Assembly: GCA_019308685.1 (NCBI GenBank)
Contig: JAFDHQ010000024.1
Location: forward strand, 1 to 62,148
Origin: Deltaproteobacteria bacterium
GTDB taxonomy: Bacteria > Desulfobacterota > Desulfobacteria > Desulfobacterales > UBA11574
DNA: 62,148 nt
Reading direction: 5' to 3'
Shown: positions 27,060-36,718 of the stretch, piece by piece
How the letters are laid out: every line of letters starts with the position of its first letter
How positions within the stretch are numbered: position 1 is the first letter of the stretch
Translations under genes and position numbers: made by a program
Notes under the pieces: model-generated
Seen by the model: the letters and a program-made list of their open reading frames with translations, nothing else
Databases searched by the model: none
What the model was told of the DNA's origin: nothing

Positions 27060-27671
27060 TTATTCAAAAACAGTGATGTCCCCCCGCCCTTTGCGGATAA
27101 CTTCAGGCATGTCGTTAATCAGAGATATAACACTTGAAGGGTGCCCCGGAACAGGTCCACCGTCAATGACCACATCTATTCTGGGGTGAAAAAAATCATG
27201 AATAAGGGACGGGTCAAAAAAATTGGTACCATCAGGCATTGCGGCACTTGTGGTGATGATCGGATTCCCCAGCTTTTCAACCAGTTCAAGGCAGATCGGA
27301 TGGTCCGGCATGCGTATTCCGGCGGTTTTCCGCTTGGTAAGCATGATTTTGGGAACCAGTTTGGACCCTTCCAGAACGAATGTATAAGGACCCGGCAAAA
27401 GCCGTTTCATGGTTTTATAGGCATAATTTGAAACCTTGGCATAATGACTGATATTTTTAAGTCCTGAGCAGATAAAGCTAAAGGGTTTTATTCTATTCCT
27501 CTGTTTTAACTGGTAAATCTTTTCAATCGCCTTTTTATTCATAATATCGCATCCAATTCCGTAATAGGTATCGGTTGGATACGCGATAATGCCCCCTTTT
27601 TTAAGGATATCGACAACCTTGGTGATCAGTCGTTCCTGGGGATTTTTAGGGTTTATTTTAATGAGCATCAC
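27060..27671 (-). CDS. tsaC: L-threonylcarbamoyladenylate synthase (YrdC/TsaC family)
   Basis: 203 aa containing YPTDTYYGIGCD, the KGR.......P segment, and PGPYTFVL and SSVISL motifs typical of the YrdC domain. Confidence 0.8.
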   Translation of the reverse strand: MMLIKINPKNPQERLITKVVDILKKGGIIAYPTDTYYGIGCDIMNKKAIEKIYQLKQRNRIKPFSFICSGLKNISHYAKVSNYAYKTMKRLLPGPYTFVLEGSKLVPKIMLTKRKTAGIRMPDHPICLELVEKLGNPIITTSAAMPDGTNFFDPSLIHDFFHPRIDVVIDGGPVPGHPSSVISLINDMPEVIRKGRGDITVFE

Positions 27672-27827
27672 AGTTATCTATTACGGGTATTAACCGAATG
27701 TCAAGACAACGGATGAAAAATCCCTGGGCAGATGAATTTGTTTTGAGTTCAGTGTAGTGACGGGGTGTTTCTCTTGGAAACCGACTGACTGTTTGAAGGG
27801 CTTTAGCACGTGTTTCAGTCGGATGGA

Positions 27828-27890
27828 AAGAGATACACGCCGTCGTGGAGCGTCCTCCCTGTATTGGGATTCAAATGGGTTTGCCTTGTG
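27828..27890 (+). repeat. intergenic repeat family 3, copy B
   Basis: agagatacacgccgtcgtggagcgtcctccctgtattgggattcaaatgggtttgcc aligns with copy A (4099-4168). It lies in the divergent tsaC/guaB intergenic region. Confidence 0.6.
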
Positions 27891-28046
27891 AAAATTCCAG
27901 ACGAATAAAGATTGCAAAACACATTTCCATTTGTTATTTGGTTTTTAAAAAATACGAGAGGGATTCTCAGAAATATGTTCCCATGGATCGTCTACTGAGT
28001 TTTGGATGAACCTTATCAATTGACAGAACCCTTCCTGGAGGAACTT

Positions 28047-29510
28047 ATGATAAAAGAACAACTTGAAGAAGCTTTTTCTTTTGACGATGTTTTATTGCTG
28101 CCGGGCTTTTCTGATGTTTTGCCGAGGGATGTTGATACCCGCAGCCCGTTGACAAAAAACATTACACTAAACATTCCCATTGTCAGTGCCGCCATGGATA
28201 CGGTAACAGAGGCTGACACCGCCATAAGTATGGCCCGAGAAGGCGGGGTCGGTTTTATACACCGGAATATGAGTATAAAAAGCCAGGTTGTTGAGGTTGA
28301 CCGGGTTAAAAAATCGGAGAGCGGCATGATCGTCGATCCGGTAACGATTCATCCTGATCAGCCAGTTTTTGAAGTGTTGAAGCTGATGGAAAAATATCGT
28401 ATTTCCGGAGTTCCGGTTACCATAGGAAATCGGCTGGTCGGCATTGTGACAAACAGAGATCTAAGATTTGAAACAAATCTTGATAAGTGTGTCTCTGAAA
28501 TTATGACCAAAGAAAATCTGATCACTGTTTCAGAAGGAATAACACTGGAAGACTCAAAGAGACTGCTGCATGAACACAGAATAGAAAAGCTTCTTGTTGT
28601 CGATTCAGAGGGGATGCTGATCGGAATGATAACCATAAAAGATATTGAAAAAATTAAAAAATATCCGAATGCCTGTAAGGACCATATGGGCAGACTCAGA
28701 GTGGGAGCAGCCATAGGCGTCGGCTCTGATATGGAAGAACGTGCAGATGCACTCCTAAAGGCGGGAGTCGATATAATCCTCATCGATACCTCTCACGGAC
28801 ATTCAAAAAATGTACTCGATGCTGTAGAAATTTTAAAGAATAATTTCAAAAAAATTGAGCTGATCGCCGGAAATGTCGGTACGGCCAAGGGAGCTGAAGC
28901 CCTTATTAAGGCAGGTGTTGACGGAGTTAAGATCGGGATCGGACCCGGTTCCATTTGTACAACTCGCGTTGTTGCTGGTGTTGGGGTACCTCAAATCACG
29001 GCAATCATGAACTGCAAGTCGGTCTTTAATAAAACGGGTGTTCCCTTGATTGCTGACGGCGGCATTAAATTTTCAGGTGATATTACAAAAGCCGTGGCCG
29101 CAGGTGCTCATGTGATAATGATTGGCGGTCTTCTTGCAGGAACCGAGGAGAGTCCGGGTGAGTTGGTTATTTACCAAGGCCGTAGCTATAAGGCATACCG
29201 GGGGATGGGGTCCATAGAAGCCATGCAAAAAGGGAGCAAAGACAGGTACTATCAGGGTGAAGATGCCTTCGGCGATAAATTGGTTCCAGAAGGTATTGTG
29301 GGCCGTGTGCCCTATAGAGGAAGCCTTTCCGATAATATTTTCCAGCTTATTGGAGGGCTAAAGGCGGGAATGGGATATGTGGGATGCCGGACCCTGGATG
29401 AACTCAGGGAAAAAGCACGCTTCGTAAAAATCAGTGCGGCAGGCATGCGTGAAAGCCATGTCCATGACGTGATTATTACCAAAGAGGCGCCTAATTACCG
29501 TCTTGATTAG
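28047..29510 (+). CDS. guaB: IMP dehydrogenase
   Basis: FDDVLLLPG, a tandem CBS insert, the catalytic loop [11 protein letters not shown] and [21 protein letters not shown] before the ATG at 28047. Confidence 0.93.
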   Translation: MIKEQLEEAFSFDDVLLLPGFSDVLPRDVDTRSPLTKNITLNIPIVSAAMDTVTEADTAISMAREGGVGFIHRNMSIKSQVVEVDRVKKSESGMIVDPVTIHPDQPVFEVLKLMEKYRISGVPVTIGNRLVGIVTNRDLRFETNLDKCVSEIMTKENLITVSEGITLEDSKRLLHEHRIEKLLVVDSEGMLIGMITIKDIEKIKKYPNACKDHMGRLRVGAAIGVGSDMEERADALLKAGVDIILIDTSHGHSKNVLDAVEILKNNFKKIELIAGNVGTAKGAEALIKAGVDGVKIGIGPGSICTTRVVAGVGVPQITAIMNCKSVFNKTGVPLIADGGIKFSGDITKAVAAGAHVIMIGGLLAGTEESPGELVIYQGRSYKAYRGMGSIEAMQKGSKDRYYQGEDAFGDKLVPEGIVGRVPYRGSLSDNIFQLIGGLKAGMGYVGCRTLDELREKARFVKISAAGMRESHVHDVIITKEAPNYRLD

Positions 29511-29599
29511 TCCCCAAAATGTGGAGTAAAGATGCGCGCCTAAAGGACCAGGCTTTGGTTTGCCACGGAGGAGATTTGCTTTGTTGGCAGTTCATTGAC

Positions 29600-29730
29600 T
29601 TATTGAAATCCCAAATAACAAATCCCAAAAAAACAAACAAATAACAATGACCAAAATTCAAAATCCCAAACAAAAGAAACAATCGCTTTGAACCGGTTTG
29701 TAATTTGGTGCTTGGGATTTGTGATTTAAG
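29600..29730. repeat. A-rich AAATCCCAAA repeat cluster with an inverted partner
   Basis: aaatcccaaa occurs at 29606-29615, 29620-29629 and 29661-29670. The inverted ttgggattt is at 29712-29720, and the palindrome aaccggtt lies between them. Confidence 0.6.
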
Positions 29731-29837
29731 ACACCAAACTCCAAGGCAGAGGCGAAGAACTCTGACCTGGCTCTCCGAGGCGTAGGCTCTACGAGCCGGA
29801 GGCCCACAGGACCAGGTTTTTCAGGGCGAAATAAACA

Positions 29838-32800
29838 ATGACAGAGACCCCATCTAATTTTGTACACCTTCATGTTCACACCCAGTACAGTCTTCTTGAC
29901 GGAGCCATAAGGATCGATCCGCTTTTAAAGCGTGTCTCAGATTTTGATATGGACGCCGTGGCGATCACCGATCATGGAACCATGTTCGGAGCCATGACGT
30001 TTTATGAAAAGGCGAATAAGGCCGGAATAAAACCGATTATCGGATGTGAATGCTATCTGGCCCCGCGACGTCTAACGGAGAAAACCTCGCTGGATAAAAG
30101 GGGCCTTTCCCATTTGATCCTTCTGGCTGAAAATCAGGAAGGATACCGGAATCTTTGCAAACTGGCCACCATTGCCCAGCTTCAGGGATTTTACTACAAA
30201 CCCCGCATCGACAAAGAAGTCCTAAAACAATACATTAAAGGACTTATCGGCTTTTCGGGATGTTTGCGCGGTGAAATCCCCAGGCTGATTCAGGAAAACC
30301 GAATAGATAAGGCTGATGAGGCCGCCCGCTTTTACCTTGACGTCTTCGGCGAAGGGAATTTTTTCCTGGAGGTTCAACATAACGGTATAGATATACAAGA
30401 AAAAGTGAACCAGGCTCTTTTGGATATGAGCAAAAGGCTTTCCATTCCTCTGGTTGCCAGCAACGATTGTCATTACCTCGATAAAAAAGATGTTCGTGCT
30501 CATGATGTGCTTTTGTGCATCCAGACTGGAAAGACCGTTCATGAGACGGACAGACTACAATTTAGAACCGATCAGCTCTATTTAAAATCAAAAACCGAAA
30601 TGTATTCCGCTTTCAAGGATTATCCGGGTGCTCTTGAAAATACCGTGGATATCGCCAGGCGCTGTAATATAGAATTCGACTATAACTCGTATCACTTCCC
30701 GAAATTTGAAACCTCATCCCTGCAGACAGTGGATGAGCTTTTTGAACAAGAGGTGAGGGATGGGTTTAAGTCCATATTCAAGCGAATAAAAACAAAAAAT
30801 CCCGATGTTGATAAAAAGCTTTATTTTGACCGTATCGAAAAAGAGATTGCCGTCGTTAATTCCATGGGGTTTCCCGGGTATTTTTTAATTGTTGCTGATT
30901 TTATCCGATATGCCAAAGAAAACAATATCCCTGTGGGACCCGGAAGGGGATCTGCGGCAGGGAGTCTTGTTGCGTATTCCCTTGGAATCACAGACATTGA
31001 TCCCATTGAGCACGGTCTTATCTTTGAACGCTTTTTAAACCCGGCTCGCAAAAGCATGCCGGACATTGATGTCGACTTTTGTATAAACGGCAGAGAAGAA
31101 GTCTTCAAGTACGTGGTGGAAAAATACGGCGGCGGTGATTATGTCGCCCAGATTATCACATTCGGAAAACTAAAAACCCGGGCCGTAATTCGCGATGTGG
31201 GCCGGGCTTTAGATATACCCCTTTACGAGGTGGACGCCATTGCCAAAATGGTGCCCGATGTGTTGAACATAAGTCTTGACGCTGCCCTTGAACAGGAACC
31301 TCGGCTTAAGGATTTGGCGGGAAAAAAACCGGAGGTCGCTGACCTGATCAACATCTGCCGAGTGCTGGAAGGACTCCCGCGGCATGCCTCAACCCATGCT
31401 GCCGGTGTTGTCATCGCAGACAAGCCCCTGGTGGAATATCTACCGCTATACAAAGGTAAAAAGGGTGAGGTGGTTACCCAGTTCGATATGAAATGTGTAG
31501 AGAAGATCGGACTGATTAAGTTTGACTTCCTGGGGCTTCGAAACCTGACGGTCATCGCAAATACGCTTAAGCTTATCGAAGCAGAGGGCGGCACACCGCC
31601 TGATCTCACCAACCTGGATTTATCGGATCCCGCCACATATCGTCTGCTTGAATCCGGCGAAACCACCGGCGTATTCCAGCTGGAAAGCTCGGGTATGAAA
31701 GAATTGCTGGTAAAATTAAAGCCGGAGAGCTTTGATGACATTATCGCACTGGTTGCGCTTTATCGTCCCGGTCCACTGGACAGCGGAATGGTGGATGATT
31801 TTGTGGACAGAAAACACGGTATAAAAAAGGTTGAATACCTTGTACCACAGCTCGAGCCGATTCTGAAAGAAACTTACGGGGTTATTGTCTATCAGGAGCA
31901 GGTGATGAAAATTGCCGGGGATCTGGCAAATTATTCCATGTCCGAGGCTGATGATCTCCGAAAGGCCATGGGTAAAAAAATTCCCGAGATTCTGGCCAAA
32001 CACAGGGAGCGTTTTATGCAGGGAGCTGCGGACAACGGCATCCCACCTGATAAAGCCGGAAAGATATTTTATTTAATGGAAAAATTCGGGGGATATGGAT
32101 TTAACAAGTCTCACAGCGCCGCATATTCAATGATAGCATATCAGACCGCTTTTCTAAAAGCTCACTTTCCGGTGGAGTTTATGGCGTCATTGCTTACCAG
32201 TGAAATGCATTCCACCGATGGTGTTGTCAAATATATTGCCGAATGTCGCAGCCATGGGATTGAGGTCATCCCTCCGGATATCAACGAAAGCGGCAAGGAA
32301 TTTAGCGTAACCGGATCCAAAATAAGATTTGGACTTGTTGCAGTTAAAAATGTTGGTGAAAACGCCATCGAATCTATTGTCGAGGCCCGAAATGAAGGGG
32401 GGAGATTTTCTTCGCTCTGTGATTTCTGTGAACGCGTGGATCTGAAAAAGGTTAACAAACGTGTTGTCGAGAGTCTTATTAAATGTGGCGCCTTCGATTC
32501 CACCGGAGATTACCGTTCTCGGATGACGGCGTCCATGGAGAACATTCTCGATTATGGTCAACGGGTTCAGAAAGAAAGATCGGATCCACAGATGGGTTTG
32601 TTTGACATGCCGGGAAGCGGTCCGGCCATTAACTTGCCCCCCCTGCCTGAAATCGATGAATGGAGTGAAAAAAAGCTTTTAGCACTTGAAAAGGAATCTC
32701 TGGGTTTCTATATCACCGGACATCCTTTGAGCGGCCATGAAGATATTCTGGAGAAGTTCACCAATGCAAACTCGGCCGGGTTAAAAGAGAAAAAAGATGG

Positions 32801-33332
32801 TGCAACCGTAAGAATAGGTGGAATCGTCAGAAATTTAAAGACCATAAAAACCAAAAAAAAAGGGAGCTTGATGGCCTTTGTTATCTTGGAGGACCTGCAT
32901 GGATCTGTTGAAGTTACCGTTTTTTCTTCACTGTATGCAAAAGCTCATGACCTTTTAAGCGATGATCGTCCAATCCTTATCCAAGGACAGCTGCAAAAGG
33001 ACGAAAACTCGGTAAAGATATTGGCCGACACGATCATACCGATTAATAAGGCTGAAGAAACATGGACTGCAAGTGTCCATTTTAATTTGGACATAACCCG
33101 CACACAAAGAGAGTTACTGGTTAATTTAAAAGAGATTTTTAAAAGACACCCGGGTTCCTGTCGTGCATATATTCACCTGTTGAACCCCGATAAAACAGAG
33201 ACGATTATTGCGTTGTCTAATTCTATGAAATTAAGGGCCGGTCTGGCGCTGACCCGTGAAGTTAATCGATTCCTTGGCTATAATGCTGTAGAAACAGATT
33301 GCGGGTTTGCTATGTTGCCGGATAAAACCTAA
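29838..33332 (+). CDS. dnaE: DNA polymerase III alpha subunit
   Basis: 1164 aa with a PHP domain (HLHVHTQYSLLDG), the polymerase core (GRGSAAGSLVAYSLGITDIDP, DIDVDF) and a C-terminal OB fold. Confidence 0.95.
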   Translation: MTETPSNFVHLHVHTQYSLLDGAIRIDPLLKRVSDFDMDAVAITDHGTMFGAMTFYEKANKAGIKPIIGCECYLAPRRLTEKTSLDKRGLSHLILLAENQEGYRNLCKLATIAQLQGFYYKPRIDKEVLKQYIKGLIGFSGCLRGEIPRLIQENRIDKADEAARFYLDVFGEGNFFLEVQHNGIDIQEKVNQALLDMSKRLSIPLVASNDCHYLDKKDVRAHDVLLCIQTGKTVHETDRLQFRTDQLYLKSKTEMYSAFKDYPGALENTVDIARRCNIEFDYNSYHFPKFETSSLQTVDELFEQEVRDGFKSIFKRIKTKNPDVDKKLYFDRIEKEIAVVNSMGFPGYFLIVADFIRYAKENNIPVGPGRGSAAGSLVAYSLGITDIDPIEHGLIFERFLNPARKSMPDIDVDFCINGREEVFKYVVEKYGGGDYVAQIITFGKLKTRAVIRDVGRALDIPLYEVDAIAKMVPDVLNISLDAALEQEPRLKDLAGKKPEVADLINICRVLEGLPRHASTHAAGVVIADKPLVEYLPLYKGKKGEVVTQFDMKCVEKIGLIKFDFLGLRNLTVIANTLKLIEAEGGTPPDLTNLDLSDPATYRLLESGETTGVFQLESSGMKELLVKLKPESFDDIIALVALYRPGPLDSGMVDDFVDRKHGIKKVEYLVPQLEPILKETYGVIVYQEQVMKIAGDLANYSMSEADDLRKAMGKKIPEILAKHRERFMQGAADNGIPPDKAGKIFYLMEKFGGYGFNKSHSAAYSMIAYQTAFLKAHFPVEFMASLLTSEMHSTDGVVKYIAECRSHGIEVIPPDINESGKEFSVTGSKIRFGLVAVKNVGENAIESIVEARNEGGRFSSLCDFCERVDLKKVNKRVVESLIKCGAFDSTGDYRSRMTASMENILDYGQRVQKERSDPQMGLFDMPGSGPAINLPPLPEIDEWSEKKLLALEKESLGFYITGHPLSGHEDILEKFTNANSAGLKEKKDGATVRIGGIVRNLKTIKTKKKGSLMAFVILEDLHGSVEVTVFSSLYAKAHDLLSDDRPILIQGQLQKDENSVKILADTIIPINKAEETWTASVHFNLDITRTQRELLVNLKEIFKRHPGSCRAYIHLLNPDKTETIIALSNSMKLRAGLALTREVNRFLGYNAVETDCGFAMLPDKT

Positions 33333-33357
33333 ACTGGACAAACGGTAAAAGTGCCAA

Positions 33358-33590
33358 AAGTGAACTTAAGTTTGAAGTGACTAAAGCCCGCCCTGGTGCG
33401 ATTCGGGCATGTATATTGATATCGGCTATACATCATTGTAAACTTGCCTTTTTGAATATAGAGTATTTGTGATCGGTCTGGGCCAGGGTTACGGTGTCGC
33501 TTCGCTCCATTTATTCATATAGAAATTGATAGAATTCCAAAGTGTTAAGCATTTTAGATCACTTTAGATCACTTCACACTTTATTTAAGT
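33358..33590. repeat. element of about 235 bp bounded by imperfect inverted repeats, in the dnaE 3' flank
   Basis: The left arm aacttaagtttgaagtgactaaag (about 33362-33386) matches the right arm ctttagatcacttcacactttatttaagtt (about 33561-33590). The right arm also contains a tandem tttagatcac x2. Confidence 0.4.
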
Positions 33591-33657
33591 TGAAAAATAT
33601 CTTCCATAAAAAGCACAAAATAAAAGATTTTTCAAAGGGCTGGAGACATAATTTAGC

Positions 33658-34794
33658 ATGAAAGTACCTCTGCTTGATTTAAAAGAACAGTATCAATCTA
33701 TTAAGGAAGAGATTTTAAAGGTTGCGGAAGAAATTTTTGAAAGCCAGTATTTTATTCTGGGTCCAAGGGTCGAGGCCCTTGAAAAGGATATTGCCGGTTA
33801 TTGTTTTTCAAAGCATGCCCTGGGAGTTTCATCCGGAACCGACGCCCTTTTGATTTCGCTGATGGCAGCGGATATGGACGCTCAACAGACGGTTATCACA
33901 ACGCCGTATACCTTTTTTGCGACGGCAGGGTCCATATTTCGTACCGGAGCCCGCCCAATTTTTGTGGATATTGATCCGGATACGTATAATATGTCACCCG
34001 AAAGCCTGGAACGTGTCATCGCTGCCATGACCGACAATGAGTTGGCAAGCCTTAAGGCTGTCATACCCGTTCATCTGTATGGCCAATGTGCGGATATGGA
34101 TCCAATCTTAAAAATTGCTAAAGAATACAATCTTTTTGTTATTGAAGATGCTGCACAGGCCATAGGATCGGAATACCAGGGTCGGCGGGCGGGATCAATG
34201 GGCGATTTTGGCTGTTTCTCTTTTTTCCCAACAAAAAACCTGGGTGCTTTTGGAGACGGGGGCATGGTCATAACCGGTTCGGATGACCTGTATGATAAAT
34301 TGAGCGTTCTTCGGGTTCATGGTTCCCATCCAAAGTATTATCATAAATTGGTCGGCGGTAACTTCAGACTGGACGCGTTCCAAGCTGCAGTTATTTCCGT
34401 AAAACTGAAACATCTGGACAAATGGACCCAATCCCGCCAGGAGAACGCACGTAAATACAGAGAACTTTTTGCAACTGCGGGAATTGATGATGTGATCAAG
34501 CTTCCGGTTGAAAAGGAAGAGCGTCATATATACAATCAGTTTGTCATATGCGTAAAGGATAAAAGAGACGAGCTTCGCCTGTTTTTAAATGATGCCGGAG
34601 TAGGAACTGAAATATATTATCCGATTCCCATGCATCTTCAGGAATGTTTTTTGGCGCTGGACTACAAAAAGGGCGATTTTCCCGTGGCCGAGTATGCGGC
34701 TTTACATACCTTGGCTCTTCCGATATATCCTGAACTTTCGGATGATCAGATTGCATATGTGGTTGAAAAGATAAAAGATTTCTATGATCGTTAG
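33658..34794 (+). CDS. DegT/DnrJ/EryC1/StrS-family PLP-dependent sugar aminotransferase
   Basis: VSSGTDAL, the DAAQAIGS segment and FSFFPTKNLGAFGDGG (containing the PLP lysine) are family hallmarks. Confidence 0.85.
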   Translation: MKVPLLDLKEQYQSIKEEILKVAEEIFESQYFILGPRVEALEKDIAGYCFSKHALGVSSGTDALLISLMAADMDAQQTVITTPYTFFATAGSIFRTGARPIFVDIDPDTYNMSPESLERVIAAMTDNELASLKAVIPVHLYGQCADMDPILKIAKEYNLFVIEDAAQAIGSEYQGRRAGSMGDFGCFSFFPTKNLGAFGDGGMVITGSDDLYDKLSVLRVHGSHPKYYHKLVGGNFRLDAFQAAVISVKLKHLDKWTQSRQENARKYRELFATAGIDDVIKLPVEKEERHIYNQFVICVKDKRDELRLFLNDAGVGTEIYYPIPMHLQECFLALDYKKGDFPVAEYAALHTLALPIYPELSDDQIAYVVEKIKDFYDR

Positions 34795-35735
34795 GCGCTT
34801 ATAAGTTTTAGAATGTCTCCCATGTCAGGAGGGACGGGGGCTTTAAAACAAAGCCTCTTTTGTTTTACAGGGTGGGTGAACTCAAGCCGCCGGGCATGGA
34901 GCATCTGCCTTGGAACCGATCTCAACAAATCATTTGCGGTGCTTTTTCCGGCCTTACGACCCCCGTAAACCGAATCACCGACAACCGGATGTTTTATAGC
35001 GGCACAGTGGACTCTGATCTGGTGAGTTCGCCCTGTTTTGAGACTAAGCTCCACCAGGGTCGCCTGGGCAAAACGTTTCCTGACCCGCCATGTTGTTTCG
35101 GCCCTGCGACTTTTTCGGCTATGGGTGGACATTTTTTTTCTATCAACAGGATGTCGGCCAATGGGAAGTGAAACCGTGCCGGAATCAGATTCCATCCTGC
35201 CATAAACAAGGGCCAGGTATTTCTTTTTAATACTTCTCGATTTAAACTGCAGGGCCAGATCATGATGTGCCACCGAATTTTTTGCAACCACCATCACACC
35301 GGATGTGTCCTTATCGAGTCTGTGTACAATCCCCGGCCTTATTTCTCCGCCGATCCCTTCAATTTCCGGGCAATGATAAAGAAGTGCATTCACTAGAGTG
35401 CCGCTGTAGTGGCCCGGCGCAGGGTGAACGACAATTCCCGGTTCTTTGTTTAGCACGATAATATCATTGTCTTGGTACAGAATATCGATAAAAATAGGCT
35501 CGGGTTTAAACAATACCGGTTCAGGTGGCGGAATGATGCCACAAATCTCATCACCTGTTCTTGCACGATATCCGGGCTTTTTTGCTGCTCCCTGAACCCG
35601 AATTTTTCCATTGCGAATCAGGTTTGCAGCAACAGAACGGGAACAACCGGAAATGCGGGAGGCGACTAATAGATCCAGGCGTTTTCCCGAATCAGATGCA
35701 TCCACAAAGATTGTAAAGGCACTTGGATCGTGCAT
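34791..35735 (-). CDS. rluD: RluA-family 23S rRNA pseudouridine synthase (RluD-like, with an N-terminal S4 domain)
   Basis: The catalytic motif HRLDKDTSG and the HQIRVH motif. Its stop codon overlaps the stop of the convergent aminotransferase gene (TTAG, 34791-34794). Confidence 0.85.
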   Translation of the reverse strand: MHDPSAFTIFVDASDSGKRLDLLVASRISGCSRSVAANLIRNGKIRVQGAAKKPGYRARTGDEICGIIPPPEPVLFKPEPIFIDILYQDNDIIVLNKEPGIVVHPAPGHYSGTLVNALLYHCPEIEGIGGEIRPGIVHRLDKDTSGVMVVAKNSVAHHDLALQFKSRSIKKKYLALVYGRMESDSGTVSLPIGRHPVDRKKMSTHSRKSRRAETTWRVRKRFAQATLVELSLKTGRTHQIRVHCAAIKHPVVGDSVYGGRKAGKSTANDLLRSVPRQMLHARRLEFTHPVKQKRLCFKAPVPPDMGDILKLISA

Positions 35736-35754
35736 ATCTTAAAAAGGAGAGTGG

Positions 35755-36333
35755 TTAGTCGAAATTATCGGAATTATCTGCACCTTCGGGTTTTTTAGGA
35801 GGGAAAAGCGACTCCATCTCTGAAATAATCGTTTGTTCATCGGTATTTCTGGCCGTGGAAAGTTCCGTTACCAGCAGTGTTTGAGCAGTATCATAAAGTT
35901 TACGTTCACCAAAGGAAAGATCCTTTGTTAATTTCAGCAGAGAAAGGTCCCTGTAAACTTCGGCCACATCATAAAGCGAACCGGTTTTGATCTTTTCCAT
36001 GTATTCCCTGTACCTGCGATTCCAGGTCTGGGTTTCACCAGGCAAGTCCTCTCTTTTTTTCATGACGTCGTATACTTTAGAAATGTCTTTTTCATCGATC
36101 ACATCCCTTAGACCGACCTGTTCGACATTCCATGTGGGAATCATGATTGTCATTTGGTTTTCGAGAATTTTCATCATATAAAAATCATGTTCTTCGCCGT
36201 TAACGATCTTGCTCTCAATAGAATTAATTTTCCCAACACCATGTGCCGGGTAAACCGCGAGATCCCCGGCTTTAAACTCTCGCACTTTTTGCTGAGATGC
36301 TTTTGTTTTTTCGTTATTCTTTTTCATACTCAT
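35755..36333 (-). CDS. carD: CarD/CdnL-family RNA-polymerase-binding transcription regulator
   Basis: FKAGDLAVYPAHGVGKI... is a typical CarD_TRCF N-terminal domain. I prefer the internal ATG at 36333 (or 36327) over the ORF-track start at 36393. Confidence 0.8.
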   Translation of the reverse strand: MSMKKNNEKTKASQQKVREFKAGDLAVYPAHGVGKINSIESKIVNGEEHDFYMMKILENQMTIMIPTWNVEQVGLRDVIDEKDISKVYDVMKKREDLPGETQTWNRRYREYMEKIKTGSLYDVAEVYRDLSLLKLTKDLSFGERKLYDTAQTLLVTELSTARNTDEQTIISEMESLFPPKKPEGADNSDNFD

Positions 36334-36654
36334 TTTAACACCGGTTTGTTCACTTTTATATGTGTCACACATCGGACGCTTGTCATATAACAATTAACCA
36401 GTGTCCATCCATAAATGGTCTTTTTGCCCAATCCGCCGGAGGCGGACAAGTCTCTGCGTTATGTTCAAAAAATAATCCTCGGAATATTAAACATATGCCT
36501 GCCTGCCCCGTAGGTCCGGCAGATCGTACCGGGGTGGTTATTTTTTTCACATGCCTTGATCTTGAACAAAAATCCTCATTTATGGATCGAGTTTTTCGCT
36601 ACGCTTCATTAATTTTTAATTAATTTCATACCATATAATCAACGAACAATCAAT

Positions 36655-36691
36655 AAAAAAGGACCGACGCAGATTACGCCGGTCCTTTTTT
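36655..36691 (-). terminator. intrinsic terminator downstream of hppA (bidirectional shape)
   Basis: ggaccg...cggtcc stem (36661-36666 with 36680-36685), flanked by A6 on one side and T6 on the other. Confidence 0.7.
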
Positions 36692-36718
36692 GGTTAAACA
36701 AGTTTTATGAATGTTTTA

